Below, piece after piece: positions 1 through 13,468 of a stretch of 64,000 nt of DNA. The DNA comes from Camelus dromedarius (lineage: Eukaryota). Position 1 is the first letter of the stretch. Each line of letters begins with the position of its first letter. The DNA is taken from assembly GCF_036321535.1 (NCBI RefSeq), contig NC_087437.1:80106001-80170000 (forward strand), given 5' to 3'. Both the position numbers and the translations under genes were made by a program. The notes beneath the pieces were generated by a model. It saw only the letters and a program-made list of their open reading frames with translations, did not search any database and had not been told where the DNA came from.

Positions 1-316
1 GATGTCTCTTCACCCTCGATATCTGATCAAGTTCTTATTACCCCTCACTTTGATCATCTTCCCTTCAGCAAGAATCTTACTGAATTGGTTTAGCAAAAAC
101 CCTCCAACCCTTCATGTCTCCTCTGAGTAATGCTCCATCCACTGTATCCACTGCCCCCATCACTCTGCTCTTTGGCTGCAAATCCTCACTGTCCTTATTG
201 TGTTAGGAACTGAGCTCCATTCCACATGGAACTCTCTTTTCCACTCTTGCGATGATACAGAACAAATTCTGTCTTTATCACCTTTAACTAGTGTCTGGCT
301 CCGTTTTTCTTTGACA
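1..316 (+). mobile_element. ERV1-class LTR, 3' part (MER31-like), truncated by window start
   Basis: Motifs tccatccactg..actctgctc.ttggct..aaatc and LTR terminus tttttctttgaca (ends in CA at 315-316) resemble MER31-type LTRs. Confidence 0.7.
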
Positions 317-864
317 GCACATAGGGGCTCTCCCCATTACAAAGCATCTTTACATTTCTTATAACACCATTGATTCCCTCAATGATAATATAACTAGCAT
401 GGAGTTGATGGTCAAAACATTTTCCAACTATAATTGAATTGAAGGGTATAAAAATTTTATGCTGTGAGAAATGGCAGAAGTTGTTGGAAAGAAAGTTACA
501 TTAACATATGCGTCATTCTTATTTTCTTCCTCTCATCCTTCTCACTAATTATAATTTCTTATGTCCCTGGCATTGTTGCTAAACATGTTATCTGTATTAT
601 CACTTACTTCTCACTGAGAACCTATGAGCTATGAACTAAGTCATCTTAGAAATGAGGCCCCTGAGCTCTAGTTAGTAAGTGATGGGGGCAGGACACTAGT
701 CCCTTGAACCTAAAGAACATTTCCCTAACCACTCTGCTTAGAGGAGTTGCCAAGTGGAGATGTGGAGACCACGTGCCCAAACACACAGAGGCTGGAAAGA
801 GGACCACATGTTCATGAATCACCAAGAAGTTTAGTATAGGTTGTGAGAACAGGGAAGAGGGAAG

Positions 865-997
865 AGGTGCGGTGGTTAAAAGCCCAGGCTTTAGAGAGAT
901 AGCTGGTACCACTCCATCTGAATGCCACCTTTGCTACCTGCAAACCCTGTGATCTTGGGGAAGTTATTTCCTCCCAGCCTCAGTCTCCTCATCTGGA
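865..997 (+). mobile_element. MIR SINE fragment
   Basis: gtggttaaaagcccaggcttt..tgtgatcttggggaagttattt..gcctcagtctcctcatctg matches MIR head and core. Confidence 0.8.
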
Positions 998-1026
998 CTC
1001 TGCTGCGTTAGCTATTTATATTATTA

Positions 1027-2077
1027 CCATATTTCTTGGATCACAAATGGGCAATTTTTTTGTTTGATTTCTCTAAAAATCAACTATGTCAAATAATCAA
1101 TATAAAATAATCTTTTCAGCAGAAAGGCAGAGGAGTAAGATGCAACCCAACTGTTTTGTCTCAAGTATAGGAAACTAGTCTGCCCAGGTGTTTGTTCATT
1201 AACACATTTGAGTTCCTTGCATTTGTAGCATTATATGCGATAGAATTTTCACTGAAATATGGATCTCTAACTGTCACTTAAATGTCTTCAAAAAAGATTT
1301 TACTACAAAGCAGCTTGAGCATGCAGAAGATTGTCACATCCAGGTAATGCAATTAGAGACAGAAGACATTGCCAGTGTTTGAAAATAAATCATAAGACTT
1401 TTATAAGGCAGTGAAGCATTGCATGGCTGATTTGTGCACCATGAGGACTATCTCTGGGGCACCAACATCTGCCTGACAAATGCTTCTACTAGGTTTTCAA
1501 GAGAAGTTATTAAACTTCCAACAACATGTAATTCAATTAAAGAAAAAAAAAACATAAATTAACAAGAAGCAAATCAAACAGAACACCTCAAAATGACAAT
1601 GTCTATCTCTAAAGAAATTGTGAGTGTGTCTTATGAAAGGCAGTGCATCAGGATGAAACTACACAATTTCCAATAGCCTGAAGAAAATCAGAAGAATCTT
1701 TAGATTCTGATTGTAAGGAAAACTTGGGTTCAAGTTTGATTGTCAATGGCAGAGAGTACCGCTCAGCGGTAGAGCTCATGCTTAGCCTGCACAAGGTCCT
1801 GGGTTCAATCCCCAGTGCTTCCTTTAAAAAAAAAAATGAATAAATAAACCTAATTACCTATCCCTCCAAATTTTTTAATTATAATTTTTTTAAATTAAAA
1901 ATTAAAAAAATTTTAAGTTTGCCATATTAAAAAAAGACCATCTTTGGTATTACATTGATTAATATAAACTATTGATAACTCGTGAAACAAATGTTTGTTT
2001 TGTACCCACCTCCAAGTCTCTTATGAGATTAGTTTCATGTCTTACAATAGATGGCAGCTTGGAGGCAAAGTAATATG
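1027..2077 (+). mobile_element. Degraded Tc2/mariner DNA transposon (Kanga2/MER104-like), interrupted by a Vic-1 SINE
   Basis: Left end ccatatttctt and right end cttacaatagatggcagctt..taatatg resemble MER104/Kanga termini; internal aaatgtcttcaaaaaaga resembles a transposase start (MSSK). Confidence 0.55.
1748..1913 (+). mobile_element. Camelid tRNA-derived SINE (Vic-1 type)
   Basis: A-box-like gctcagcggtagagc, B-box gggttcaatcccc, then aaataaacctaattacc and an AT-rich tail; clearly homologous to the copy at 58523-58670. Confidence 0.85.
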
Positions 2078-2103
2078 TTGTTATCATTATGAGTATGTAG
2101 AGG

Positions 2104-2601
2104 TGTATTAGTTTCCTTATTGATGTTGTAACAAACTACCACAAAATTAGTGACTTAAAAACAACACAAATTTATTATCTTACAATTCTAGAGGTCATAA
2201 GACCAGAATGGTTCTTACAGGGCTAAAATCAAGCTGTCAGTAGGGGCTGCCTTCTTTCTGGAGATTCTAGGGGAGAATCCATTCCTTGCTTTTCCAGCCT
2301 CTGGAGGCCACTTGCATTCCTGGGCCTGTGGCCACTTTCCAGCTTCAAAGCCAGCAATTTTATAACTTGTGTCCACCCTTCTCTGGCTCTCCTGCCTCCC
2401 TTTGTCCCCTGTAGGGACTTAAGTGATTACCTTAGGCCCATCTTAGAATAATCACCCCATCTTAGAAACTTAACTTGACCCTAAGATCCTGAACCACATT
2501 GGCAAAATCTCTTTTGCTATGTACTATGTACAGCAACATAGCCACAGGTTCTGGGGATTAGGACGTGGACATCTTTGGGGGTCTGTGACCTGACTAACAC
2601 A
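2104..2601 (-). mobile_element. MaLR solo LTR (MLT1C-like)
   Basis: TG..CA termini, perfect 5-bp TSD AGAGG (2099-2103 and 2602-2606), MLT1 motifs acaaactaccacaaa..aacacaaatttattatcttaca and ggattaggacgtggacatctttgggg. Confidence 0.9.
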
Positions 2602-5102
2602 AGAGGCAAGCTGGAGGTAAACTGGGGAGGACTTTACAATGTTAGGCATTTGGAGTTTACATCATAAGCAGCAGAATATCAATTAAGGCTGTTACCTACT
2701 TCCTAAGTCCTTATTTTCATTACCCACTGATGTCTTTGCCATCACCAATTCTCTGATTTAAGTTTTTATTCAGTTTCTGATCTCACAGCCCATGTATTTT
2801 TCCTACTGCCGTGCTCTGCATGGATAGGTCTTTATCTCTCCTCTCCCTTTTAATTAGCCATATGAAGAGCCGTGTTTTGAAAGGGAGACTCTACCCTCTT
2901 AAAAAGCCTTCCTCAAATCAAAATTTATCAGATTTGGACACGTAAATACTCATATTCCTTTTCAAATTGTACTTTGTAAAACTTAGAAATCTACAAATGT
3001 GGCACAGAGTCAATTTGTTTAGAGAAAGCAGCTCCATGTTTAAATGAAAGAGTCAAACCACAACATCAGACCCACACTCAGAGACACAGAAGACCACATC
3101 CTGAGGACTGTGGCCATGATTCTGGTTAATTTTACCAGTCTAATTTTAAAATCACTTCAGAAACCTCTATGGAGGCTGAGGGTAACTCTTACCACTGTTA
3201 ACAACATAAGTGATCAATGGACAACTTTTGTATTTTTCATTTTCTTCAAAAATAAAGGAAGGAAATGGAAAACAAAATCTATGTCAATGAAATTTTAAAG
3301 TTTCCAATTTAAACATAAAAGCCAGGAAATGCAAGTTAAGTGTCTCAAGGGAACATCAGCCTGTTCATATTTCATGTACTTCATTTTAAGGTATAACACT
3401 TAACAGTATAATTAGCAATCAAAAATATTTTATCTGTGCACTGTGGGTGTTTGATGTTATTATGAGATCCTTGATTTTTGCATTTCCTGACTTCTGTATT
3501 TAAACGTAAAACCTTAATGCTGCATTATTGTTGTGTCTTACATTAGTTATTGATGGCTTGTAAATGAAATAGATGCCCCAGCAGGTCTTTTCTACCTCCA
3601 ACTTCCGCAGATAATTTCTGCAGACACACATTTTATGAACCAATATTACAGAAGCTCTATAAAAACCATAATGGAAAACAACACAATTCTAGCTGAAATG
3701 TATGGGGGTTCTAAAAGGTTTTTCACTTTGTAACAATTATGTTGAATCTCTTTGAAAGGTTGTTACTTCTTTTGCTTCTTTATGTCATCACATCAATTTT
3801 ATCTTTCACTGAAAACATATTAAGAAAAATTAAAGCTCCACAGCAATTTCCAACCTATGAAGGGCTTACATGCAGCCTCGTAAGACCTGCATTATATTAT
3901 TTTCTCTAAAAAATCACCAAGACCCCCTGGAAAAGGACAGAGTGAGCCAGTACTTAAGAGTATGCTAATTGTAAAAATCATTTCTTTGATATTTATGGTT
4001 TTCTATTGACACATTTCATTGGCAAATGGCAAAGTGATGGCCATTTAAATGCCAAAGATATTTCTACTTAAAAATTTTTACCAGCTCAAATCTCTGGCTT
4101 TCAGACATAGTAAGTAGTCTTAGCAAAACAATTACAACAAAATACACAGAACAGATGCCATGCATGTGTATGAATCTACCTTCCTGTTTATAAGGGAAGG
4201 AAGATTTCTGCCACATCCACTTGTTCACACACCTGCTCCCCACCTGCCACCCCCAATCAATGGAGAAGAGTAGGTAGCATTCGAAATTCTAAACTAACAT
4301 TATTTTCCTGTCCCATACCATGTACTATTGTACTAAAATACTCTTATTCCTCAGAGTAAACTGGTGAAAGTTTGGATGTCAGCAATCACTGAATCTGAAA
4401 TTAGCGATATGATGAAAATGTCTGTCTAATATAAGAGCAACTACTTTTCAGCCAGATCCTGGGATTTTACTGCACCTGGAGCCCACGGAAGAGCACGGCT
4501 GCTTAGCAACGTTCTAGGCTGGTAGCTGACTTTGATATGGTGTTTTAATTTATCAATTCAGTCATCTAAGAAAGAAATGCTAAAGTTTTTGGTGTTATGT
4601 GTTCACATTTTCTAGTTCAATTTTGGTCTTAGAAAACTTCAGTTCCAAAATATAATCATAATATATGATACAAATGTATACAAATATCCTTCCCCTCAAA
4701 TTTGTATTATTTCAGCCTCAGGTAAGAAATTAGAGATATACCAGATGCATGTGTTTGAAGGGCAAGAGATGAAGGTAGCATGTCTATTTCCAGATCTCCA
4801 GCAAATGTTTTCCAAAAATTGCTCAATGATTTACGATTCTGAGGTATATAACACCTCAAATATATTTTCCTAAATTATGGTCTATTGTATCTCAATGGGG
4901 AAATCAACACATTTACATGAGGACACTCAAGAAAATATACAGCTGCTTTTGAAGTTTAAGTTAGTTGTGGGAAGACAGCTATGGTAGCCTCCTTAGAGAA
5001 AGATTTCTGAGAGTTTCTATTGTTGCCAAGTTTTTCTTCCTACACAAAACCAGTGGCACGAATCCATGCTAAGCACCTGAGAGAAGATGGATTATTATAA
5101 AG

Positions 5103-5280
5103 CAGAAGTCAGAAAACTTTTTCTGTAAAGTGTCAGTAAATATTTCAGTTTTTGCAGGCCCCATATAGTCTCTGTCATGTATTCTTCGTGTTTTTGTTTG
5201 TTTGCTTGTTTGTTGAGGTTCTTCTTTTCAATAATACTTTAAAAATGTAGAAACCATGCTTAGCTTTGAGCCATAATTTA
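5103..5280. mobile_element. hAT-Charlie MITE fragment (MER58-like)
   Basis: cagaagtcagaaaactttttctgtaaag..gtaaatattt..gtctctgtc..tttaaaaatgtagaaaccatgcttagct. Confidence 0.7.
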
Positions 5281-5444
5281 GCCTGCAGACCGAAGCTTCC
5301 CAACTCCTGTTACAGAGGAAAGAAACTGCCAAATTTAGGTTCCCCACAAGGTTAAGTATGATCTCCTGATACAGAGACCCTCTGCTACCTAACGAAGCCC
5401 TCCACCATTCAAAAGTACGACAATCATTTACTGTGTGCACACAG

Positions 5445-5875
5445 CTGCAGTCTGCACTGCGCTCCACGGGGACGGCCACTGCTGCGCCACGTGACAGTGA
5501 ACTGGTGCGGGGAGCAGGGCACGGGCTCAGCTGGAACTAGAGAATCAACTTCCTCAAACTGCACAGCGGCTTGCACAGAGCTGGAGAGAACTTTCAGGCT
5601 GTTCATTCCTCTCCAGGGGACTTGTCCATGAAGTTGCTTGAACTTCCTCCAGCACGATGACTATGTTCTAAGAGTAAGTGTCCCAAGAGAACTAAGCAGA
5701 AGCATATCACTTTTTACAGCTAGCTTCAATACATCATCTCTGTTGTAGTCACAAGTTCACCCAGAATCAAGGCGAAGGAACATTAACACCCATCTCCTGA
5801 CCGGAGGAGTGTCCAAGAAGGGAATGTGGGACAGGAGACATGATTGTGGCCCTTTTCGGAAACTACAGTCTCACA
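5445..5875 (-). mobile_element. Old MaLR LTR (MLT1H-like), partial
   Basis: gcttgaacttcctccagcac..ccagaatcaagg..catctcctga..ttgtggcccttttcggaaactacagtctcaca terminus. Confidence 0.65.
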
Positions 5876-7150
5876 ATACCCAAGCAAATTTTTCCAAAAT
5901 ATACACTTGCTCCTTGGCACCTGCAGATTAAGTTTCCTCTCCTTGCTCCTAGTGTGAAACAAGTTTGGACAGAGTTAAGTGAATTGAATACACCTTTACA
6001 GTCTAGATTAGAGAAGCCTTTGAAGTACTTCAAAAAATTTTCTGCAAGTCTAATGTATTTAGGAGCAGCATTTAAGTTTGGAAAGCAGACACCATAAGAT
6101 TTTTTCTCTACACACACACGAACACACAAATCACAGGTCAGCTCTTGCGTAAAACAAGTTAAGGAAGTCAAAATAGATCAGCACGCTAAAGAGAAGCATG
6201 TATGAAATGGATCCTTTCCCCTTCTGGATGGCTTCCTAAGGAGACTAAAAATTTCCTTCATCTGCAGCTTAAAAAGGACATGGGGTCCCTTTCTGACTTT
6301 TTTTTCCCCTTGGGAATCTAGGATATCACTGTGCTTACATGTTCATTATTTGAGATGCTTTTCAATTTTAGCAGCTTAAGCCAACATTTAAATTGCTTCA
6401 CTTTGCATCAGTCCAATAATCTCTTACATGTTGGGGTATTGATCTAGGCACAAGGCTGTAAGTGACCAGTTAAGCAGTGTGTGGCAAGGAAAAGATGGCT
6501 GTGGAGGGCACCTCTGCCCATCTCAGTGATCAATTTACACCACCACAACTTTATAAATTGTTAGGAAATCTATATCCATCATGAACACCCACAGCAGCAA
6601 ACCATGCACTTCTTGCCTGTTGAGCTTTGATTTCATTTTCTCCTGCTCAAAGGGGAGCTGACAGGCTTAATGGAAACACCCACGTCGTGTCGAACTGTTA
6701 GGGTAATGCAAACACCTTAAAAACCTGTGGTTTGCTCTAAATACCTGATCAAGACAGACTTGACTGAATTAAAACCTTCAGGACTTGTTTTTACAGATTT
6801 TAAAACATAAATCCCCTATTCTCAGCAGATTTTGAGAACATAAATTGTGGTTACACACTGTTGTAATATTTCCATTGATAATAAGATAGCACTAACAAGT
6901 TTTCTAAATTAGAGGAACTCAAGAGTAGAAATCAGACTGGGGATAGAAACTGGGAACCTCTTCAAACCTACTTAGAATAGAAAGTAAACTGTCCTTCTAT
7001 TGTGTATTTATTGCTAGGGCTTAAAATTATCTTTGTTGGAAAATCACAAGGTTTTCATATAGATGGTATATTTATTTGGCTGGCTTGGGAAAGTCTCATG
7101 GAGACTTTTGGAATTAAATTCCCCACCTCCATCAAGTCATGACTTGGCAT

Positions 7151-7732
7151 TGCAGGGGAGGAAAAATAATCTTTCTACTACCCTTCTAAGTTCTCAGTGG
7201 AACCCCTATAACAAAAGACCAATGAAAAAGAGAAAAACAAACAAGCTGATTAACATTTATAACTCATGAATACATAGGAGATCCCCCAGAGGAAAAATAT
7301 AAATAACTCCTAGAGGTGGCTCAGAATTCAGGCTTAAATACCATCTTAACAGGTGAAAAAGAGGGGAGACGCAGGCCTCTGAGGGGACAGTGAATGATGC
7401 TTAACAAAGATGAATGGGCCCTTAGCAGAACAGATTAGAGGTATGACAAAGTTTGTCTGGGTGTGGTGTCAGCCTCTAGTCTCTTCTTCTGTGATGAGTC
7501 AATCCTCCCTGAATGATGAAATCGTCCCACCCCCAGAAGGGGATTGAGTTCCTTTTAGAGAATCTGTCTTTGAGCAAGTAAGGGGAAATCAGAAAAAGCT
7601 TTTCCCTGAATTTGCTGTTTTTTAAGTACCTACAACTCAAAATAATCAATATACCAAAGCAGAATATTTGGGGGAGGCATGTCCTGAACTTCTGTGGTCA
7701 TATTTTGGGCTAGCATATTCTGCCACCCTTCA
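7151..7732 (-). mobile_element. ERV1 solo LTR (MER34-like)
   Basis: TG..CA termini, perfect 4-bp TSD GCAT (7147-7150 and 7733-7736), end ctcaaaataatc..catattttggg..gcatattctg..cccttca typical of the MER34 group. Confidence 0.85.
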
Positions 7733-8566
7733 GCATTAACTCTGAAAACTGATAAACTTGCCAATATAACAAGTGTGTGACAAATTATATATCCTTTTTG
7801 CCTGATTTATAAGCATTCCTTCAGAGGCCTTCCTCAAGTCCAAATTGCTTTTACACTTTTTCAATATCCAATATGCCATCAATGCTACCATCATCACATA
7901 GTGCAAATAATTCTGAATAATTCTTGCTTCAGTCAACATTAGAAAACCATGACATTCAAGATCCTGTCTGAGAATACAATCATTAACTTTCTGTTGTATT
8001 ATCTAAAGACCTGGCAAGAAAAATGCTATTAAAAGTGACCACCACCAAAGAATATGCCATCCATCTGATTCTCAGTTAATACATTAAACTAGGTCCTATC
8101 TTTGGATCAAGTTATAGAACCAGAAAGCTATATAAATGGACCACATTAACCCAGACCCACGCAGAATCACCTTCCCTGAGCTATGTCTCAATATTCAGCC
8201 CTAAATTTATACCTAGGGCCAAACGAGAAAGAAACATGAAGCATGCTGCCGTTGTACCATAAAATCAAAGTAAAATTACTGCCTTTTAGATTATTCAGAG
8301 CCTTCTACACTGAAACTTTTCGAGTAAGAAAGATTTGTTTGCTTTTTGATGTGGCTTGAGGTTGTTTGTACATGACAAGGACATGGTTTAACCTAGAACT
8401 TGCATTCATTTAAGGTAGTTTGGAGGAGTCTGACGGACAGTAATAGGACCTAAAGACCCCCATTAAGAAATAATAAATTTCTTTTAGAGTTTAGAACCTA
8501 GAACCCCTGAGTCAAGATGTGTGCATCATTTTTGTCTCTGGAAAATTCACTAAGTTAATTGTAAAG

Positions 8567-8607
8567 AAATAAAATAAAATAAAATAAAATAAAATAAAAT
8601 AAAATAA
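8567..8607. repeat. (AAATA)n pentanucleotide microsatellite
   Basis: About 8 tandem AAATA units seen directly. Confidence 0.95.
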
Positions 8608-8911
8608 CTGAAGTGGAGTAGCAGCAATCTCTCCTTTCCAGGGCACATAAAATCCCTTTTTAGGGACCAGTCTTCCTCCTTTACCTAAGTACCTGCCTGG
8701 GCCATTTGGGCATTTGAGTGGGCAGCCTATGTCCACAAGGAAAGAATCACAAAGGGAAGAGAGTACAACAAAAATGATGGGGAAAAGGAGCCACTGCCCA
8801 AGAAAGTAAGCTTGAAAAGAGAGCTGAGGGTAGAGACTGGGATTTCAAACCCCAAGACAAGAGTAAGACTTGGAGGTAAAAACATGAACACTAATTAAAA
8901 GTCAAGTTCCC

Positions 8912-9096
8912 AACAACAAGTTTCTACTGTATAGCACAGGGAACTATATGCAATATCTTGTAGTAGTCTATAATGAAGAAGAATATGAAAAGGAATATAT
9001 GCATATGTATGTATGAAACTAAAACACTATGCTGTACACCAGAAATTGATGCAACATTGTAAACTGACTATACTGCAAAAAAAAAATTTTTTTTTT
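8912..9096 (+). mobile_element. 5'-truncated artiodactyl-type L1 3' UTR
   Basis: ctactgtatagcacagggaactatat..gctgtacaccagaaa..A-tail; TSD aagtcaagttccc (8899-8911) / aagtcaagctacc (9097-9109). Confidence 0.9.
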
Positions 9097-9399
9097 AAGT
9101 CAAGCTACCACCTCGTTTTATCGTCATCTGGCACCCAGAAAGCTATTGCTTGGACAAAAAAATCAATTCTCTTCTTTAAAGGATTTCTTGAACCTCAGAG
9201 AAAAAAAAGTCTCAATTTCTGATATTTGTAAATAGTTGTATCAGTCACATACCTGCCCAATCGCTCTAAAATAAAATAAGCCTATCAGAAGCCCCAACTG
9301 TGCACTGAACCATGATGTACTTTATATTGTTTTATTTTTAAATATGATTAGGCAGCAAAGCATAACAAGACCTTTGAGACAAGCCTGCAACATGAAATA

Positions 9400-10925
9400 A
9401 AGAAACTCATGTTAAACAGGAAAAGGTTATTCTAGAGAAAACTAACATAATTTAGGAAATAGAAGAGAACATTAAAATAATAGAAATAACATCCTCAAAA
9501 ATGAATCGGTACATATAGAAATAAAGATGATAGGTAGGTAGATAAACATGAAGGCTGATAGATAGATACACTGTTAAGGGGAGGAATCCAATAATATCTT
9601 TTGAAATTTAAAAACAAATAGCTTATAAAAGTTAATAAAAATCATTAAAAGATAAAAAATTTTAAATATTACCAAAAAAAGTAGAAAAAGAAGACAGAAA
9701 ATTAGAAAATATAAAAGATATCAAGTGTATATCAATGTATCATCCAAGAATTCGAACATCTAATCAGCTAGATTTCAGATGCTCAAACCAGAGTGGACAG
9801 AGATAAGAAAATCATCAAAGGGAAAAAATGAGTGAGACTTTCTCAGAACTGAAGGACATGATTTCAGGGTGAACACAGCAGACTAAGTGCTCGACATAAT
9901 GAATGGAAATATATCCATATCTAACATTTTATTGTGAAATTTTGAAGTGCCAAAGATAAAGAGAAAATTCAAAAAGCTTCAGGGAGGATTAAAATTTACC
10001 TATAAATAAAAGAAAATGACCAGCAGAAGATTTACCATCAATACCGCATGCTAGAAAATGACACACTAATACCTTCAAAATATGACAGAACATAATTCTA
10101 AACCCAGATGCAAGTGCCAGGATTACAGCTTTGAGTCAAGGTTGTTAAGAGTAGGAAAACCAGCTGGTAATTGAGGAGGTGATGTCTGAGAAAGGGGGCC
10201 AAGAAAGAATATCTAACAAAACAGTTTTCAAGCAAGATTTCCAAACCCCAAACAAGGGTAAGATTTCGGGTCTTAAATTTTTTTTAAATGATGAACAAGA
10301 TACAAAAGAAAACAGCGAAAAATGAGAGCAGGGCATTTTGATGTACAGAAGACTGACCCACTTTTCCATATACTATTTTTATAAAGTCAGAATAATGTGA
10401 AAACATATTCTAGCTATCAAAATTTTAAATTAATCTACAGGCAAAAAGAAAACAGATAGGTTACAAAATAGGATATGTTTTCAACAACTTTGATGATGTC
10501 AGAAGTTGGGAGATGTAGAGAGGTGGGCATTGGTGCTAATATTCGCATAAAGCGAGGTGTCAAGAGATTCAGCTCACAGATAATGTGCAAGAAAAAATGA
10601 TGCAAATACATAAATTAAAATTAGAAAAGTAGCCAGTAGAAAATTGAAAAATAATAATTTAATTCAACGGAAGGATGGAGGAAATATTGGAGGAGCTAAA
10701 TCCTTGCTCTCATGGCAGAAAATAAATAGAGGATGTCAAAAAATAATTTATCAAGAAATAACAGTGTAATCATATTATTTAGAAATGCTAAGATGACAAC
10801 TTGGACAAACAGCTGAAAGAATTAAAAAAGAATACTTCTGGAGGAGACTAAGTTTTGCTTTCATTATAAATAATTCTGTGTAACTTTATTTTTAAATAGA
10901 CATAATTTCTTTAATAACTAAAAAA
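9400..10925 (+). mobile_element. Ancient HAL1/L1M-type element (ORF1-like region and 3' end)
   Basis: A-rich strand with ORF1 motifs ttctcagaactgaaggacatg, attgtgaaattt..aaagataaagagaaaattc, ccttcaaaa..aaacccaga; no ORF2 follows. Confidence 0.65.
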
Positions 10926-11269
10926 TATAAGATTAATTTGGTATAACTACCATTTTATCCAATTTATTTCTAAAGTGTCTAGGATGACACAAACAACATC
11001 TTAGGTCCTGAAACTGCTGATCTAAAATAAGTTTCCAACATAAATGTATTTTTCTTCAAGAACTTTACAAACTATTTCAGAGATTATAAAAATTTATTTT
11101 TAAATAAATTTATTTATTTTTTAAAGAAATACCTACAATGAAAGAATGAGAAATACAAGTGTATCAACAGAATTATAGAATGAGGAGTAACTCATTGGGT
11201 AGTTCCTTGAGGAGAAGTTCTCAAATTTGGATACAACAGAATTGGCAGTATTTGAAAAAAAATATATAT

Positions 11270-11372
11270 ACCCTATTAAACCAAATCCCTGGGATCCACC
11301 ACCCAGGCACAGAGATTTCAAAAATAGCATCCGAGTGAATTTAAAGGGTCACCAAAGTTGAGAACCCACTGG
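11270..11372. mobile_element. MER5-type hAT-Charlie fragment
   Basis: Terminal motif caaagttgagaacccactgg. Confidence 0.55.
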
Positions 11373-13054
11373 CCTAAAAAGAGGGGCTACTTCTTTCTCC
11401 ATAAGGAATCCCTTCCCAGCATTTCTGGTTTAATTTATGTTTCTTTGGAAGCAAGAGAAAAATCAGTCAAGAAATGGAGAAAATGGGAAGATGTACAATA
11501 ATTCTTCTGTAAGAACTAAAATGTAACAATTACCATAGAGACACCTCTGGTTCAAAGGAGTCTACGAGTCAAGTCCAGAATGGGAGCAGGAAACAGTGAC
11601 AAGAGACTCAGAAGCTGAGGTCGACATTTCTGAGAACTGAACAGGAACAGAAGGAAAGAAATTTCATGATCTAATCAGGCAATATTGTTTGTGGCTATGG
11701 CCATGTTATAAGTGTGTGTTCATAGCCCTGTTTGCTGTTAACAATAAATCATGCTTGCAAATAAAATGAATATTAATCAATTTATATGAATAGTATTATT
11801 TAAATATATCCCAAGAATAATGTCCTAAGAAATAACAAGTTTAAGAAGCAAAATAAGTCCTTACACTGGCAATTTTGGCACATGATCCTGTGTAGTGAGT
11901 GATATTAACTTTGCCAGGATTAACATTATCTGAACATAATCCAGTATTCTTTTCTGGTATTTACCAGTGTTTGACTATGCACTCTGGGCTACAGTGCTTT
12001 GTAAATGCTACTAAACTTAATATTTTATTTGTATCTGTAATGATTTGCTTAGAAATTCATAAAGACTATGAAGAATGTTGGAAATATTTTAAGAATCATT
12101 TATGATTTGTAGAATTCCCCAGAATTCCAATTTTCTCATTGGCAAATCTCAAAGATTAATATCTGTCAGGAATTTGGGAACATTAAACATTTGCTTTACA
12201 TTAAAAGTATAAAGTAATGAGTGCTTTAAAAAGAATTGAAAGTCTTCACACTTTTTTTCAAGTGAGGAAGGCTTCTTAACTAATGAGAACTATGGACTTT
12301 TGGGAGAAGAAGTGTGCGTGTGTGTTTGTGTGTGTGTTGGGGAGAGGGATAGTACTGATAGGGCATTGGCATCGGATCAGCAAGAAAATAACTGAACAAT
12401 TTTGAGGACTGTTGAGAAAGGCCAACAGGGATGCAGTCACTAATTAAGAAACTGAGACAAGAAAGCACCAATTCATGCCCCTGCATTCACAGAGCTAAAA
12501 GAATACATGTAGCAACCATCATCTCTCGAGTCCTTCATTCAGTCAGCTTTTCTTTCTTCATTATTTCTAATATAGAATAATTTCCAGTTCAAAACTTGCA
12601 ACAAGTGTTCCAGCAAGACTCCCTTTATTGGATAAGAAAGAGCTGACCATACTGATAGCAGAAAAATACCCATCTGTCCTTTGATGATGCTCTCTCTTCT
12701 CTGTTGAATTTGCAATTACCTTTTAATTAAAATTTTAAAGAAATCTGAGATACAGAATAAGAGTAAAGATACTTAATATTTAATATTAAAAACATTAGTA
12801 CAGAAAAGGGTTGGTGAGTTTTATTTGCTTTCCTCAAATATTGACAATAGTATAACCTCTACTATGTTTATCTTGTCCATCAAGAATCTGAGAGCTAAGT
12901 ACTACAATTAGTCACAGTAAGCAACATTAGGTGTTTATTTAGCTAATTGTTTTACTCTCTTTTTCAGTATTTGTATTTTAATAGCTCTGCTTCAAAATAT
13001 TTTTGTGTTTTGTGGTAAGCCACCTCACTAGAGTACCAAGGAGCAGAAGAGAAC

Positions 13055-13288
13055 ACACATTTATTGAAAACATGTAAGGCTGCACACAGTTTTCATATTA
13101 CTTAATATTCACAGTAACCCTATGAGGTTTGTATTGTCATTCCCATTTTACAGATGAGAAAACAGATCCAGATGGGTTTAATGAATTCACACAGCAAATT
13201 AGAGCTAATTATCTCTGACTCCAAAGCTGGAATTTAAACCTAGATGTTTCTTACTACAAAGCCCGTATTTTTCCTATTGTACCACAGC
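13055..13288 (-). mobile_element. MIR SINE
   Basis: cacagtaaccctatgagg..cccattttacagatgagaaaacaga..tctgactccaaagc. Confidence 0.9.
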
Positions 13289-13389
13289 ACCATTTTCCTT
13301 TCCACACGAATTGCAGTTACTGTCAAAGAATTGATGAAGGATGTCTTACCTGGTTGTGATTATGGTATTATTAGAGTAGATAAGTATTC

Positions 13390-13402
13390 CTCTCTCTCTC
13401 TC

Positions 13403-13437
<35 letters not shown>

Positions 13438-13468
13438 TATACACACCCACCCACATACACACACACCC
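13390..13468. repeat. Compound (CT)n-(CA)n microsatellite
   Basis: Seen directly. Confidence 0.95.
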
